DNA of 56,155 nucleotides from Clostridia bacterium (GCA_030595925.1 JAUVLC010000002.1:1-56155); one strand, 5' to 3'; positions 9,979-20,099 are shown, numbered from the stretch's first letter. The notes: generated by a model from the letters alone, not told the origin. Numbers and translations: made by a program.

Positions 9979-11667
9979 TTGAAGTATAGTGTGATAAAAT
10001 TACTTCTAAAATATTTAGAGCAAGAGGGAGTTAAGTATATTTTTGGCATTCCCGGAAAATTTCTAATGCCTTTTTATGATGAATTATATAATATGCGGAC
10101 TATAACTCCCATATTGGCTAAACGTCATGAAGGGGCAGTGTTTATTGCTGATGGATATGCCCGGGTAAGTAAACAGATAGGGGTTTGTTGTGCTACGGCA
10201 GGAGCAGAAAGTACAAATTTACTTGCCGGAATAGGAACTTCTTATGCAGGGGCCGTTCCTTTATTCGTTTTAACTGCTTCTTCGGGTGAAAATGCCATGA
10301 AAAGAGGGCTTTTTCAGGAAGATTTTTATGATGAAATAGATGTGATGGAGATGTTTAAAACAATTACAAAATTAAGTGTTGATGTTTCGGAGGTTAATTA
10401 TTTATCCCATACAATAAGGCATTGTTTAAGGGTAGCATTGAATGGGCGAAAAGGGCCGGTTCATCTTAATCTACCTTTTCCTTTAATGAAAGAAGAGGTA
10501 GAGGAAGAGATAATTCCTCCCAGTGAATATCGTTTAATGAAAAGAACATTTTTTGATCGGGAAGAAATAAAAAAAGCAACTAAGTTTATTCTTCAGGCAC
10601 AGAACCCGGTTATTCTTATTGGTAATGGGGTGAATAATGCTAAGGCAAACCGAATAATTCGCAAATTTGCTGAGCGATTAGTAATTCCGGTAGCTACTAC
10701 TCCTAAAGCAAAAGGGGCTTTTCCGGAAAACCATTTACTTTCTTTGGGAATTTTTGGGTCTGCCGGGACACCGATTGCCAATAAATATTTGCATTCAGGA
10801 GAAGTCGATGTTTTATTGGCTGTAGGTACAAGTTTGAATGAATTGTCGAGTTCTCATTATCGGGGAAAGCTTAATCCTACGAAGGCTTTGATTCAGATAG
10901 ACATAGAACCTTATCAGATTGGCAAGAATTGTCCGACAACTGTAGGTTTGTGTGGGGATGCCCATACGCTATTGACAGAAATGATGTATCAGATTTCCCG
11001 GGATACCAACTGGAATGAATTTAAGCCTAAAATGTCAATAGATGGAATTCGTTCTTTTAAGAAAGAAAATTCTATGTTTGCTAATGAAAAAATGATATAT
11101 TCGGATAGTTCTCCCGTTAAACCACAGCGATTAATGAAAGATTTGCGGGATAGTTTGCCGGATGAGGCAATTGTTTTTACTAATAGGGGGAATAGTTTGC
11201 TCTGGGCACTACAATATTTTCCTTGTTATCATCCCGGAACTTTTTTATGTAATATAGGTTTTTCTTCAAAAGGGTATGCTATAGCTGCGGCTATCGGCGG
11301 AAAAATAGCTGCTCCCCAGAAAAACGTGATTGCAATAGTAGGAGATGAAAGTTTTGGTATGAATGGAATGGAAATTGCTACTGCTGTTAATTATAATATT
11401 CCGGTGATCTGGTTAGTGCTTAATAATAGTCGGTTGGGAACTGTTTATTCCATGCAGAAATTTCAATATCAAGGGAGGTATATTGCTTCTACTTTTAAAA
11501 GATTGGATGTTGTAAAAATAGCGGAAGGGTTAGGAGCACAAGCCGTTCAGATAGAAAAACCCGGGGAGCTCAAAGAAATTATGCCTCGACTAATAGAGAG
11601 CAAAAAGCCAACGGTAATAAATGCTATTATTGATTCTGAAGAAATGCCATCGGTAGATTTGTTTTAA
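9979..11667 (+). CDS. thiamine-diphosphate enzyme of the acetolactate synthase large-subunit family
   Basis: N-terminal EQEGVKYIFGIPG...GYAR and C-terminal GDESFGMNGMEIATAV...NN ThDP-binding motif. TTG start 8 nt after GGAGG. No small-subunit gene is adjacent, so the substrate is uncertain. Confidence 0.75.
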   Translation: MKYSVIKLLLKYLEQEGVKYIFGIPGKFLMPFYDELYNMRTITPILAKRHEGAVFIADGYARVSKQIGVCCATAGAESTNLLAGIGTSYAGAVPLFVLTASSGENAMKRGLFQEDFYDEIDVMEMFKTITKLSVDVSEVNYLSHTIRHCLRVALNGRKGPVHLNLPFPLMKEEVEEEIIPPSEYRLMKRTFFDREEIKKATKFILQAQNPVILIGNGVNNAKANRIIRKFAERLVIPVATTPKAKGAFPENHLLSLGIFGSAGTPIANKYLHSGEVDVLLAVGTSLNELSSSHYRGKLNPTKALIQIDIEPYQIGKNCPTTVGLCGDAHTLLTEMMYQISRDTNWNEFKPKMSIDGIRSFKKENSMFANEKMIYSDSSPVKPQRLMKDLRDSLPDEAIVFTNRGNSLLWALQYFPCYHPGTFLCNIGFSSKGYAIAAAIGGKIAAPQKNVIAIVGDESFGMNGMEIATAVNYNIPVIWLVLNNSRLGTVYSMQKFQYQGRYIASTFKRLDVVKIAEGLGAQAVQIEKPGELKEIMPRLIESKKPTVINAIIDSEEMPSVDLF

Positions 11668-11719
11668 ATGGCTCAAATTTTAATGGGTTGGACTTAACAA
11701 GCCGAAATAAAAAATAACC

Positions 11720-11807
11720 TGGTGCCGGAGGAGGGAGTCGAACCCTCATGTCCACAATTAGACGGCAGATTTTGAGTCTGCTGTGTCTGCCATTTCACCA
11801 CTCCGGC
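11720..11807 (-). tRNA. tRNA-Leu (anticodon CAA), type II with a long variable arm, CCA encoded
   Basis: The reverse complement folds as acceptor GCCGGAG/CTCCGGC, 3-bp D stem, anticodon stem GCAGA/TCTGC with loop CTCAAAA, long variable arm, and T arm GAGGG-TTCGACT-CCCTC, ending ACCA. Confidence 0.95.
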
Positions 11808-11832
11808 TAAGAAAATCCATCAAAACAATCTC

Positions 11833-11861
11833 ATTCTAATTGAATGTGTTTTAAAAGTCAA
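11833..11861 (-). promoter_or_regulatory. sigma70-type promoter of tRNA-Leu
   Basis: On the minus strand: TTGACT, a 17-nt spacer, then TAGAAT. This places the TSS about 20 nt before the tRNA 5' end. Confidence 0.5.
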
Positions 11862-11869
11862 TAAAAAAC

Positions 11870-11898
11870 TTGACAAAGAAGAAAGAATGTTGTAGACT
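11870..11898 (+). promoter_or_regulatory. sigma70-type promoter of the infC-rpmI-rplT operon (divergent from the tRNA promoter)
   Basis: TTGACA at 11870-11875, a 17-nt spacer, then TAGACT at 11893-11898. It would give a leader of about 290 nt. Confidence 0.45.
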
Positions 11899-12071
11899 GC
11901 TATTATTGTTTTGGCTTCTAAAAAATCAAGAAAAGATGTAGAAAGAGAAATAATTGTTTTTAATAAAAAAATGATAGTTTCTCACCTTGTGCCTTTTAAA
12001 TTGAGTTATCTTTTTATATGGAAGTAGGCAAAAAGGTTGTTGATTAAAAGAAAGGTATTTTAAATAAAAAG

Positions 12072-12093
12072 GATGGCGTGAGCCATCTTTTTT
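12072..12093 (+). terminator. intrinsic terminator/attenuator hairpin inside the infC leader
   Basis: Stem GATGGC, loop GTGA, stem GCCATC, then TTTTTT. It lies about 100 nt upstream of infC and has no upstream plus-strand gene to terminate. Confidence 0.45.
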
Positions 12094-12191
12094 CGCCTAA
12101 AGTTTGTTTTAGTAGAATAGAACAGAGTTTCATTAATGAAATATATTTTAAAGAAATAGAGAAAAATTATTTTTTAACAGAAAGGAGTTGA

Positions 12192-12719
12192 TTGAGAATA
12201 AAACATAAAAAAGAAAGCAAGGTTAGTAAAAATGATGATATTAAAGCAAAAAAAGTAAGGCTTATTGATGTGGACGGGAACCAATTAGGGATAATGGAGA
12301 AGGAAAAGGCACAAACTATTGCTTTAGAGAAAGAGTTGGATTTGGTACAGGTATCGATAGGAGTTGATCCTCCGGTATGTAAGTTGGTTGATTATAACAG
12401 ATATAAATATGAGAGAGTAAAAAAGAAAAAACAAAACAAGAAGAAACAGAAAACTATGCAATTGAAGGAAATAAGAATTCGTCCCAGGATTGATAAGCAT
12501 GATTTGGAAATAAAAGCAAAACATATTGAAAAATTCCTGGAAGGAAACGATAAAGTGAAAGTTAGTGTTATGTTTAGAGGAAGGGAATTAAAAAATGTTC
12601 AAGCAGGAAAAGAAATATTAGAAAGATTAAAAGAGAGATTTGTTAAAATAGCAACTATAGAAAGAGATGTTTGTAAAGACGGCCGGGTTTTTCATATGAT
12701 TATTGTCCCAAAAAAATGA
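12192..12719 (+). CDS. infC: translation initiation factor IF-3
   Basis: Motifs VRLIDVDGNQLGI...LDLVQVS...PPVCKLVDY and C-domain KEIRIRPRIDKHDLEIK. There is no in-frame ATG near the SD; the start must be TTG 12192 or ATA 12198, consistent with the atypical infC starts known elsewhere. Confidence 0.93.
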   Translation: MRIKHKKESKVSKNDDIKAKKVRLIDVDGNQLGIMEKEKAQTIALEKELDLVQVSIGVDPPVCKLVDYNRYKYERVKKKKQNKKKQKTMQLKEIRIRPRIDKHDLEIKAKHIEKFLEGNDKVKVSVMFRGRELKNVQAGKEILERLKERFVKIATIERDVCKDGRVFHMIIVPKK

Positions 12720-12766
12720 TATACATAAATTAAAGAACGAAAAGGATTTTGGTAAAGGAGGAAGAA

Positions 12767-12964
12767 ATGCCTAAGATGAAGACGCATAGTGGCGCAAAGA
12801 AAAGATTTAAGCTTACAGGAAAAGGGAAAATTAAGAGAAAAAATGCATTTGCCAGACATCTTTTAGCTCACAAGAATGCTAAACGTACGAGAAATTTAAG
12901 AAAAGCGGGAACACTTAATAAAACGGATTCGAATACCATTAAGAAACTAGTGCCGTATTTGTAA
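12767..12964 (+). CDS. rpmI: 50S ribosomal protein L35
   Basis: N-terminus [15 protein letters not shown]; AAGGAGG SD upstream of the ATG at 12767. Confidence 0.95.
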   Translation: MPKMKTHSGAKKRFKLTGKGKIKRKNAFARHLLAHKNAKRTRNLRKAGTLNKTDSNTIKKLVPYL

Positions 12965-13020
12965 AAAAAATAATTAGACTTTAAAAAGAATTTATTTGGC
13001 TTCGTAAATAGGGAGGAAAA

Positions 13021-13461
13021 ATGAGTAGAGTAAAAGGTGGAGTGACAACAAAAAAAAGAAAGAAAAAAATTTTTAAAATGGCTAAAGGATACCGTTTAGG
13101 AAGAAAAAATCTTTATCGACATGCAACAGAACAGGTAGATAAAAGTCTACAGTATTCTTACAGGGATAGGCGAAAAAGAAAGAGTGTTTTTCGTTCTTTA
13201 TGGATTACGCGAATTAATGCAGCATCGAGGTTAAATGGTTTATCCTATAGTCAATTGATGAATGGATTAAAGAAAGCAGGGATTTGTGTTGATAGAAAAA
13301 TTTTGGCTGATTTAGCCGTTTTTGATATGAATACTTTCAGTCGGTTGGCTGAAGTAGCTAAAAATCAATTAGTGATTTCCGATCCGAATTTATCTTGCCC
13401 TGCTGCTGGTTCTTCTTCATCCGATACTCTTTCTAAATCAGAAGTTAATAGTGTTGCTTAA
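13021..13461 (+). CDS. rplT: 50S ribosomal protein L20 with a C-terminal extension of about 28 aa
   Basis: Motif [28 protein letters not shown]...WITRINAA. The Ser-rich tail follows the normal end of L20. Confidence 0.93.
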   Translation: MSRVKGGVTTKKRKKKIFKMAKGYRLGRKNLYRHATEQVDKSLQYSYRDRRKRKSVFRSLWITRINAASRLNGLSYSQLMNGLKKAGICVDRKILADLAVFDMNTFSRLAEVAKNQLVISDPNLSCPAAGSSSSDTLSKSEVNSVA

Positions 13462-13497
13462 GTAAAAGCAAAAAGAAAAGAGGATGGATTAAAGAAG

Positions 13498-14838
13498 ATG
13501 TCCTATAGGTTTACTCCTTCACAGATTTTATTAATCGGTTTTGCCTGTGTAATTTTAATCGGGACGGTTTTGCTTTCTTTTCCTTTTTCTACTGTTTCAG
13601 GAAAGGGACAGCCGGTAATCGATGCTTTGTTTACAGCAACTTCAGCTGTTTGTGTAACGGGGTTAGTGGTTAAAGATACAGGAAGTTTTTATTCCTTGTT
13701 TGGCCAGCTTGTAATTTTATTCCTTTTACAGATAGGGGCTCTTGGTTATATGACCATGGCTACGATTTTAAGTTTAATAATCGGGAAAAAAATATCCTTG
13801 CGTGAAAAGGTGATAATAAAGGAATCGCTAGACCAGTTTAATTTGGGAGACTTAGTGTCTTTCGTTAAATATATTGTCAAGGTAACTTTTCTTATTGAAA
13901 TGATTGGGGTTGTAATTCTGACCTGTCGCTGGATGGGGGATTTTTCGATATTAAAAGCTGTATATCTGGCAGTATTTCATTCTGTTTCCGCTTTTTGTAA
14001 TGCAGGTTTTGATGTTTTTGGTGGAATATCAGGTCCTTTTAGTAGTTTATCCGCTTATAAAGGGGATATAGTAGTTAATTTAACTATGGGTTCTTTGATT
14101 ATTTTAGGGGGACTGGGATATATAGTTTTAAGTGAGTTTTATCGATATAAGAAAGAAAAAAAAATATCTTTACATAGTAAAATTGTTTTGTTATTTTCTT
14201 TTCTTTTAATTGTTTTTGGAACAATAGTTTTTTTCGTTTTCGAATATAATAATCCTGCTACTTTAGGGGGTTTTTCCTGGAAAGAAAAAATTGTAACGGC
14301 GTTTTTTCAATCTGTTACGGTGAGAACAGCAGGATTTAGTACTATAAATATTTCATGGCTAACCAGTGGAACATTATTTGTAGTTGCTTCCTTAATGTTT
14401 ATTGGTGCCTCACCGGGAGGTACGGGAGGAGGAATAAAGACAACTACTTTTGGGGTAATGATCACTGCTATGGGGGCTACAATTAGAAGAAAAAGAGAAG
14501 TAACTTTTTTTCATCGGCGAATAGCTGATGAAATAGTGAGGAAATCTTTTGTGGTGGGGTTTCTTTCTATAATTTTTATTGGTATTATTACTGTTGTTAT
14601 GTTAAAAACGGAGAATGAAACTTTTATTAGAGTTTTTTTCGAAGTGATTTCCGCTTTTGGTACGGTAGGTTTATCTACGGGAATAACTCCGGCTTTAAGT
14701 AGTATAGGAAAAGTATTGATTGTTTTTACCATGTATGTAGGAAGATTAGGGCCTCTTACTTTAGGAGTAGCAGTACTGTTGCAGGATAATGAACAAGTAA
14801 AAATTCAATATCCCCTGGAAAGAGTTTTTGTGGGATAA
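13498..14838 (+). CDS. ktrB: K+ uptake membrane subunit, KtrB/TrkH family
   Basis: Four repeated M-P-M pore units with selectivity-filter-like motifs TGL, NAGF, RTAGF and TVGLSTG. Confidence 0.9.
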   Translation: MSYRFTPSQILLIGFACVILIGTVLLSFPFSTVSGKGQPVIDALFTATSAVCVTGLVVKDTGSFYSLFGQLVILFLLQIGALGYMTMATILSLIIGKKISLREKVIIKESLDQFNLGDLVSFVKYIVKVTFLIEMIGVVILTCRWMGDFSILKAVYLAVFHSVSAFCNAGFDVFGGISGPFSSLSAYKGDIVVNLTMGSLIILGGLGYIVLSEFYRYKKEKKISLHSKIVLLFSFLLIVFGTIVFFVFEYNNPATLGGFSWKEKIVTAFFQSVTVRTAGFSTINISWLTSGTLFVVASLMFIGASPGGTGGGIKTTTFGVMITAMGATIRRKREVTFFHRRIADEIVRKSFVVGFLSIIFIGIITVVMLKTENETFIRVFFEVISAFGTVGLSTGITPALSSIGKVLIVFTMYVGRLGPLTLGVAVLLQDNEQVKIQYPLERVFVG

Positions 14839-14920
14839 ATTTTTTTAATAATTATCTAAATTTGTGAATGATAGTAAAGATATTTTGTAAAAGTAGATTG
14901 AACGTTTTTAAGGAGAAAAA

Positions 14921-15616
14921 ATGGCAAGTAAAAAACAAATAGCAGTTATTGGGTTAGGGACTTTTGGTTATAATATCGCAAAAGTTTTGTCCCAGAAAAA
15001 ATGTGAAGTGTTGGCAATAGATATAAATGAAGAGCGAATAAGAGAAATTAGCGGTTTAATTACTCATGCGGTGCAGGCTAATGCAACAGAAGAGAAGACA
15101 CTGCGTGCTCTGGGAATAGAAAAGATGGATGTTGTTATTGTTGGTATTGGAACAGGGATGGAAGCAAGTATTTTGGTGACTTTATTATTAAAAGAGATGG
15201 GAGTAAAAAAAATTGTCGCTAAAGCATTAAATTCCCTTCATGGAAAAATTTTGAGAAAAGTGGGAGCTGATAGAATTATTTTTCCCGAAAGGGATATGGC
15301 CCTTAAATTAGCAGAGGGTTTAATTTCTCCCAACATATTAGATCAAATAGAACTTTCTTCTGATTATCGTATCGTGGAAATACATGCTCCGCAATCTTTT
15401 ATCGGCAAAACAATTCGAGACATAGATATAAGAGCAAAATATGGGGTTACGGTAATTGCCATAAAGAAAAAACAACCAATAGTAACTAAATCCGGAGAAA
15501 CGGATTTTAAAGAAGTAGTGAATATTTCTCCTCAGCCGGAAGATGAAATTAACGAGGGGGATTCTTTGGTAGTTCTGGGTAAAATTGAAACCATTACCCA
15601 ATTGAAAAAAGATTAA
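14921..15616 (+). CDS. ktrA: K+ uptake regulatory subunit, KtrA/TrkA (RCK N plus C)
   Basis: Rossmann motif VIGLGTFG and an RCK-C region; adjacent to ktrB. Confidence 0.9.
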   Translation: MASKKQIAVIGLGTFGYNIAKVLSQKKCEVLAIDINEERIREISGLITHAVQANATEEKTLRALGIEKMDVVIVGIGTGMEASILVTLLLKEMGVKKIVAKALNSLHGKILRKVGADRIIFPERDMALKLAEGLISPNILDQIELSSDYRIVEIHAPQSFIGKTIRDIDIRAKYGVTVIAIKKKQPIVTKSGETDFKEVVNISPQPEDEINEGDSLVVLGKIETITQLKKD

Positions 15617-15658
15617 CAAAAAAGAATTGATTTATTAATATAAGAGAGAAAGACTGAG

Positions 15659-15958
15659 ATGAAAGAGAAAAAAGAAAAAAAAGAGAAGTTAGATGAGGAT
15701 GTAGACAGCATAGAGCAGGAATTGATAGAATTGGGGAAATTTTATTTTTTGAATCAGAAGTATGATCAGGCAATAAAAGAATTCCAAAAAGCTATAGAGA
15801 TTAATTCAAAAAATCCCCAGGGTTTTTATAATTTAGGAATTGTTTACGAAGCAAAAAATATGATTGAAAAAGCAAGCAGGATGTATAGACGGACTTTGGA
15901 ATTAAAACCTGACCATGTTTTTGCTAAAGAACATCTGAATAAATTGGTAGGCATTTAA
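15659..15958 (+). CDS. small TPR-repeat protein
   Basis: Motifs YDQAIKEFQKAIEINSKNPQGFYNLGIVYEAKNMIEKASRMYRRTLELKPDH. Confidence 0.6.
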   Translation: MKEKKEKKEKLDEDVDSIEQELIELGKFYFLNQKYDQAIKEFQKAIEINSKNPQGFYNLGIVYEAKNMIEKASRMYRRTLELKPDHVFAKEHLNKLVGI

Positions 15959-15974
15959 AAGAGGAGATTTCAGG

Positions 15975-16994
15975 GTGGAGAAAGAATTAGAAAAGCTAAG
16001 GGAAACGGCAAAAAAAGAAATAGCCCAAATAAAAGAAAAAAAAGAGGATTTAGAATTAATAAGGGTTAAGTATTTAGGAAGAAAGGGGTTAGTGACTAAG
16101 ATTTTGCGTATAATGAAAGACCTTTCTCCCCAGGAACGGAAAATCATTGGTAAATTAGCAAATGAAATAAAAGAAGAAATCAATCTTTTATTAAGTTTAA
16201 AACAGGAAGAATTAAAACAGTTAATTTATAAAAAAGATTTAAAAGAGGATTTGGATATAACACTTCCCGGAAAACCTTTGGTGCGGGGGAAATTACATCC
16301 TTTGACTAAGATTTTAGAAGAAATAAAAGTTATTTTTGAAAGATTAAATTTTGATATTGTGGAAGGGCCTGAGGTAGAAACCGAATATTATAATTTTGAA
16401 GCTTTAAATACTCCTGAAGATCATCCTGCGCGGGATATGCAGGCTACTTTTTATATTTCTGATGGAATAGTTTTGAGAACCCAAACTTCACCTGTTCAAA
16501 TTAGAGTAATGGAAAAAAATACACCTCCATTGCGTATTATTGCTCCCGGAAGATGTTATCGGAGTGATGCTATAGATGCTTCTCATTCACCTGTTTTTCA
16601 TCAGGTGGAAGGATTGGTTGTGGGTAAGGAAATAACCTTTCGACATTTAAAAAGCATTATGAAAATGTTTTTCAGACAATTATTCGGGGAAGATATAGAA
16701 ATTAGATTAACACCCAGTTTTTTCCCTTTTACTGAGCCAAGTGCGGAGGTTTCTGTGTGCTGTGTTTTATGCAAAGGAAAAGGTTGTAGTGTTTGCCAGC
16801 AAACGGGATGGTTAGAACTTTTCGGTGCGGGGATGGTGGATCCTAATGTGTTTAAGGCGGTTGGTTATGATCCGGAAAAGTGGACAGGGTTTGCCTTTGG
16901 CGGAGGCATAGAACGTTTAGCAATGATTAAATATGGTATTAGTGACATACGTTTGTTTTATGAAAATGATTTACGGTTTTTGAAACAATTTTAA
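15975..16994 (+). CDS. pheS: phenylalanine--tRNA ligase alpha subunit
   Basis: Class II motifs HPLT..., FEALNTPEDHPARDMQATFY, RTQTSPVQIR and GGGIERLAM. Confidence 0.97.
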   Translation: MEKELEKLRETAKKEIAQIKEKKEDLELIRVKYLGRKGLVTKILRIMKDLSPQERKIIGKLANEIKEEINLLLSLKQEELKQLIYKKDLKEDLDITLPGKPLVRGKLHPLTKILEEIKVIFERLNFDIVEGPEVETEYYNFEALNTPEDHPARDMQATFYISDGIVLRTQTSPVQIRVMEKNTPPLRIIAPGRCYRSDAIDASHSPVFHQVEGLVVGKEITFRHLKSIMKMFFRQLFGEDIEIRLTPSFFPFTEPSAEVSVCCVLCKGKGCSVCQQTGWLELFGAGMVDPNVFKAVGYDPEKWTGFAFGGGIERLAMIKYGISDIRLFYENDLRFLKQF

Positions 16995-17009
16995 AAAAAA
17001 GGGTTTTAA

Positions 17010-19421
17010 ATGAAAATTACTTATCGTTGGCTAAAAGAATATGTGGATTTTGATTTATCTGCTGAACAGTTGGCTGATAAATTAGTTAGTTTAGGTATAA
17101 ATGTAGAAAGTATGCAATCCATAGGAGAGGGAATAGACGGTGTTATTGTAGGCAAAATTCTGTCTGTTGAAGCACATCCTCATGCAGAACGCTTAACAGT
17201 TTGTAAAGTAGATACAGGGAAAGAAGAATATAATATTGTTTGTGGGGCAAAAAACATGAAACAGGGAGACGTTGTCCCTGTAGCTTTGGAAGGAGTTGTA
17301 TTAAGTGAAAACAAATTAATAAAGCCGGTTAATATACGCGGAGTTAAGTCGGAAGGAATGATGTGTTCAGCTAAGGAACTTGGTGTTTCCGATGATGCGG
17401 CAGGATTGTTTATTTTGCCTGAGAAAACTCCGTTAGGGAAAGAAATCAAAGAGGTACTTTCTTTGCCCGATGTGGTTTTTGACCTGGAAATTACACCTAA
17501 TCGCCCGGATTGTTTGAGCGTAATAGGGGTAGCGAGGGAAATAGCTGCTGTTTTAAATATTCCTTTTAAATTACCGGAGATAAAGTTAAAAAGTACGGGG
17601 AAAGAAATAGAAAAACAGTTACAAGTAACAATAAAGGATTCTTTACTTTGTCCCCGTTATCTGGCCAGGGTAATTAGAAACGTTAAAGTTTCCTCATCAC
17701 CTCTTTGGTTGCAACGTCGTTTGGAGATGGTAGGATTAAGGGCTATTAATAATGTTGTGGATGCAACAAATTATGTTTTGATGGAATTAGGACATCCCCT
17801 TCATGCCTTTGATTATGATCTTATTAGTAATCACCATATTATTGTTCGTCGGGCAGAGGAGAAAGAAAAATTTGGTGCACTGGACGAGGTTGAATATACA
17901 TTAACTAAAGATATGTTAGTAATTACCGATGATAATAAGGCCGTTGCTTTAGCCGGTATAATGGGAGGAAGTAATTCTCAGGTGAGTGAAGGAACTTGTA
18001 ATTTACTTATTGAAAGTGCTTATTTTGATGCAATAAATATTCGTAGAACTTCTAAAAAATTAGGGTTAAGCACAGAGTCTTCCTATCGATTTGAACGGGG
18101 GACTGATTTTGAAATGGCGGAAAAAGCCATTAATAGAGTTACTTCATTAATTAAAGAAATAGCAGGAGGTGAAGTAGTAGAAGGGATTATTGATCAATAT
18201 CCTCAAAAAATTGTTCCTCAACAGATTATTTTAAGACTGGAACAGGTGAATAGAATTTTGGGAATAGAAATATCCGGAAAACAAATACAGGTTTTTCTTA
18301 AAAGGCTAGGTTTTGAATGTAATTTGGAGAAGAATTCCAATCTAAAAGTAGTGGTTCCCGCTTTTAGACGGGAGGTAAGCAGGGAAATTGATTTAATAGA
18401 AGAGATTGCCCGTATTTATAAATATGATGAAATTTCTCCTGCTGTTCCCCAATGGAAAAGTTTAGAGTATAGTCCTAATCAGGAATTTTTGTTGGAAAGG
18501 GAAGTAAAGAATTTTTTTGTTGGTGCAGGGTTTTACGAAGTAATAAATTATTCTTTTAGCAGTGAGGATGAATTTAAGAAATTAGGGGTTGAGGATAGTT
18601 TTTATTATACTAAGGCGGTAAAGGTTAAAAATCCTCTATCTCGTGAATATGGTTTTTTGCGGACGACTCTTCTGGGAAATATTTTCGAAAATATTTCAAA
18701 AAATATTAGTTACAATTTATATAATCTTAAATTATTTGAATTAGGAAAAGTATTTTTAACTAAAGAAAATAATCTTTTGCCGGAAGAGAAGAAGATGCTT
18801 TCCGGTGCGATTTGTGGAATGGCAGAAGAATCGTACTGGCAAAAAAAATCTAATGAAGTAGATTTCCATTATTTAAAAGGAGTTCTGGTCTCTCTTCTGG
18901 AAAATTTAGAAATTAAGAATTACAAAATGGAGAAAGGGTCGAATATACTTTTTCATCCGGGACAATCAGCAAAAATAATTATCAATGGGAATCAACAGAT
19001 AGGACAACTTGGGAAGGTGTTTCCCTGGATAGCGGAAAAATATAATTTTGATTTACCTGTTTATATTTTTGAATTAAGTCTGGGTGCTCTTCTAAAAAGT
19101 CAAAATACCAAAAGGCGTTATTTACCGGTTAGTAAATATCCGGCCGTGACAAGGGATGTAGCTTTGGTAGTGCCTAAAGAAATTTCTTATTTTCAGGTTT
19201 CTTCTCAAATTAAAAAAACAGGAGGGGAGGTTATTTCTCAAATAAAATTGTTTGATGTTTATCAGGGGAAGCAAATAGATGAAGGGTATAGGAGTTTGGC
19301 TTATTCTATTGTTTATCAATCAAAGGAAAAAACTTTAACGGATAAAGAGGTTAATTTTATTCATAACGATGTTCTTCAGTCGCTGAAGGAAAATTTCAAG
19401 GTAAAAATAAGGGATAAATAA
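17010..19421 (+). CDS. pheT: phenylalanine--tRNA ligase beta subunit
   Basis: tRNA-binding OB domain (HPHAERLTVCKVD), B3/4, B5 and FDX-ACB domains; adjacent to pheS. Confidence 0.97.
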   Translation: MKITYRWLKEYVDFDLSAEQLADKLVSLGINVESMQSIGEGIDGVIVGKILSVEAHPHAERLTVCKVDTGKEEYNIVCGAKNMKQGDVVPVALEGVVLSENKLIKPVNIRGVKSEGMMCSAKELGVSDDAAGLFILPEKTPLGKEIKEVLSLPDVVFDLEITPNRPDCLSVIGVAREIAAVLNIPFKLPEIKLKSTGKEIEKQLQVTIKDSLLCPRYLARVIRNVKVSSSPLWLQRRLEMVGLRAINNVVDATNYVLMELGHPLHAFDYDLISNHHIIVRRAEEKEKFGALDEVEYTLTKDMLVITDDNKAVALAGIMGGSNSQVSEGTCNLLIESAYFDAINIRRTSKKLGLSTESSYRFERGTDFEMAEKAINRVTSLIKEIAGGEVVEGIIDQYPQKIVPQQIILRLEQVNRILGIEISGKQIQVFLKRLGFECNLEKNSNLKVVVPAFRREVSREIDLIEEIARIYKYDEISPAVPQWKSLEYSPNQEFLLEREVKNFFVGAGFYEVINYSFSSEDEFKKLGVEDSFYYTKAVKVKNPLSREYGFLRTTLLGNIFENISKNISYNLYNLKLFELGKVFLTKENNLLPEEKKMLSGAICGMAEESYWQKKSNEVDFHYLKGVLVSLLENLEIKNYKMEKGSNILFHPGQSAKIIINGNQQIGQLGKVFPWIAEKYNFDLPVYIFELSLGALLKSQNTKRRYLPVSKYPAVTRDVALVVPKEISYFQVSSQIKKTGGEVISQIKLFDVYQGKQIDEGYRSLAYSIVYQSKEKTLTDKEVNFIHNDVLQSLKENFKVKIRDK

Positions 19422-19451
19422 AAGATTTAAAAGGGTTGTTTTTTAATAATA

Positions 19452-19691
19452 ATGAAAATATTAAAAGAAAAAATAAAAAAAACAGTAGAAATGGTTTATT
19501 TTTTAAAAGAAGAAAATAAATTGTTAAAAGAAAAGATTAAAAAAAACAGTGATAAATTAAAGTTTTTAGAAAAAGAAAATGAAAAGGCACGAAAGTTAAT
19601 TAAGGAAAATGAGGTACTTTATGAGGAAAAGAAAGAAATAAAAGAAAGGATGATGGATCTTTTAGGAAAGATGGAAAAATTTAAAATATAG
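19452..19691 (+). CDS. small coiled-coil protein upstream of zapA (ZapB-like / TIGR02449-like position)
   Basis: 79 aa with Lys/Glu/Leu heptad-rich composition, directly upstream of zapA. Confidence 0.5.
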   Translation: MKILKEKIKKTVEMVYFLKEENKLLKEKIKKNSDKLKFLEKENEKARKLIKENEVLYEEKKEIKERMMDLLGKMEKFKI

Positions 19692-19710
19692 ATAAACCAG
19701 GTGAAGCAAA

Positions 19711-19995
19711 GTGGCTAAAGATAAGATAGTAATAAAAATATTTGGCAGGGAATATGAAGTCACCAGTGAAGAAGATCCGTTACATGTATATTCTTTAGCT
19801 TCTTTAATTGATCAAAAGATGAAAGAAATTTCACACATCACTAACATTGTAGACACAAATAAAGTAGCAGTGCTGGCAGCATTGAATATTGCTGATGAGT
19901 TGTTTAAATTAAAGGAAAACAAGAATTTTATTCATGATTCAATGGAAAAAGATACCGAAGAGTTGATTAAATTATTGGATACTGCCTTAGAATGA
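19711..19995 (+). CDS. zapA: cell division protein ZapA
   Basis: Motif IKIFGREYEVTSEEDPLHVYSLASLIDQKMKEI...VAVLAALNIADEL. Confidence 0.8.
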   Translation: MAKDKIVIKIFGREYEVTSEEDPLHVYSLASLIDQKMKEISHITNIVDTNKVAVLAALNIADELFKLKENKNFIHDSMEKDTEELIKLLDTALE

Positions 19996-20064
19996 GTTTA
20001 TGTTTTGAATCTGAAAGAAAATTAAAGTTTTTCTGAGTGGGGCTTGTAAAAAAGGTATTATAAT

Positions 20065-20093
20065 TTGAAAAAATGTTAAAATTTTAGTAAAAT
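20065..20093 (+). promoter_or_regulatory. sigma70-type promoter of the 6S-like RNA
   Basis: TTGAAA at 20065-20070, a 17-nt spacer, then TAAAAT at 20088-20093. Confidence 0.4.
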
Positions 20094-20099
20094 ATATAT

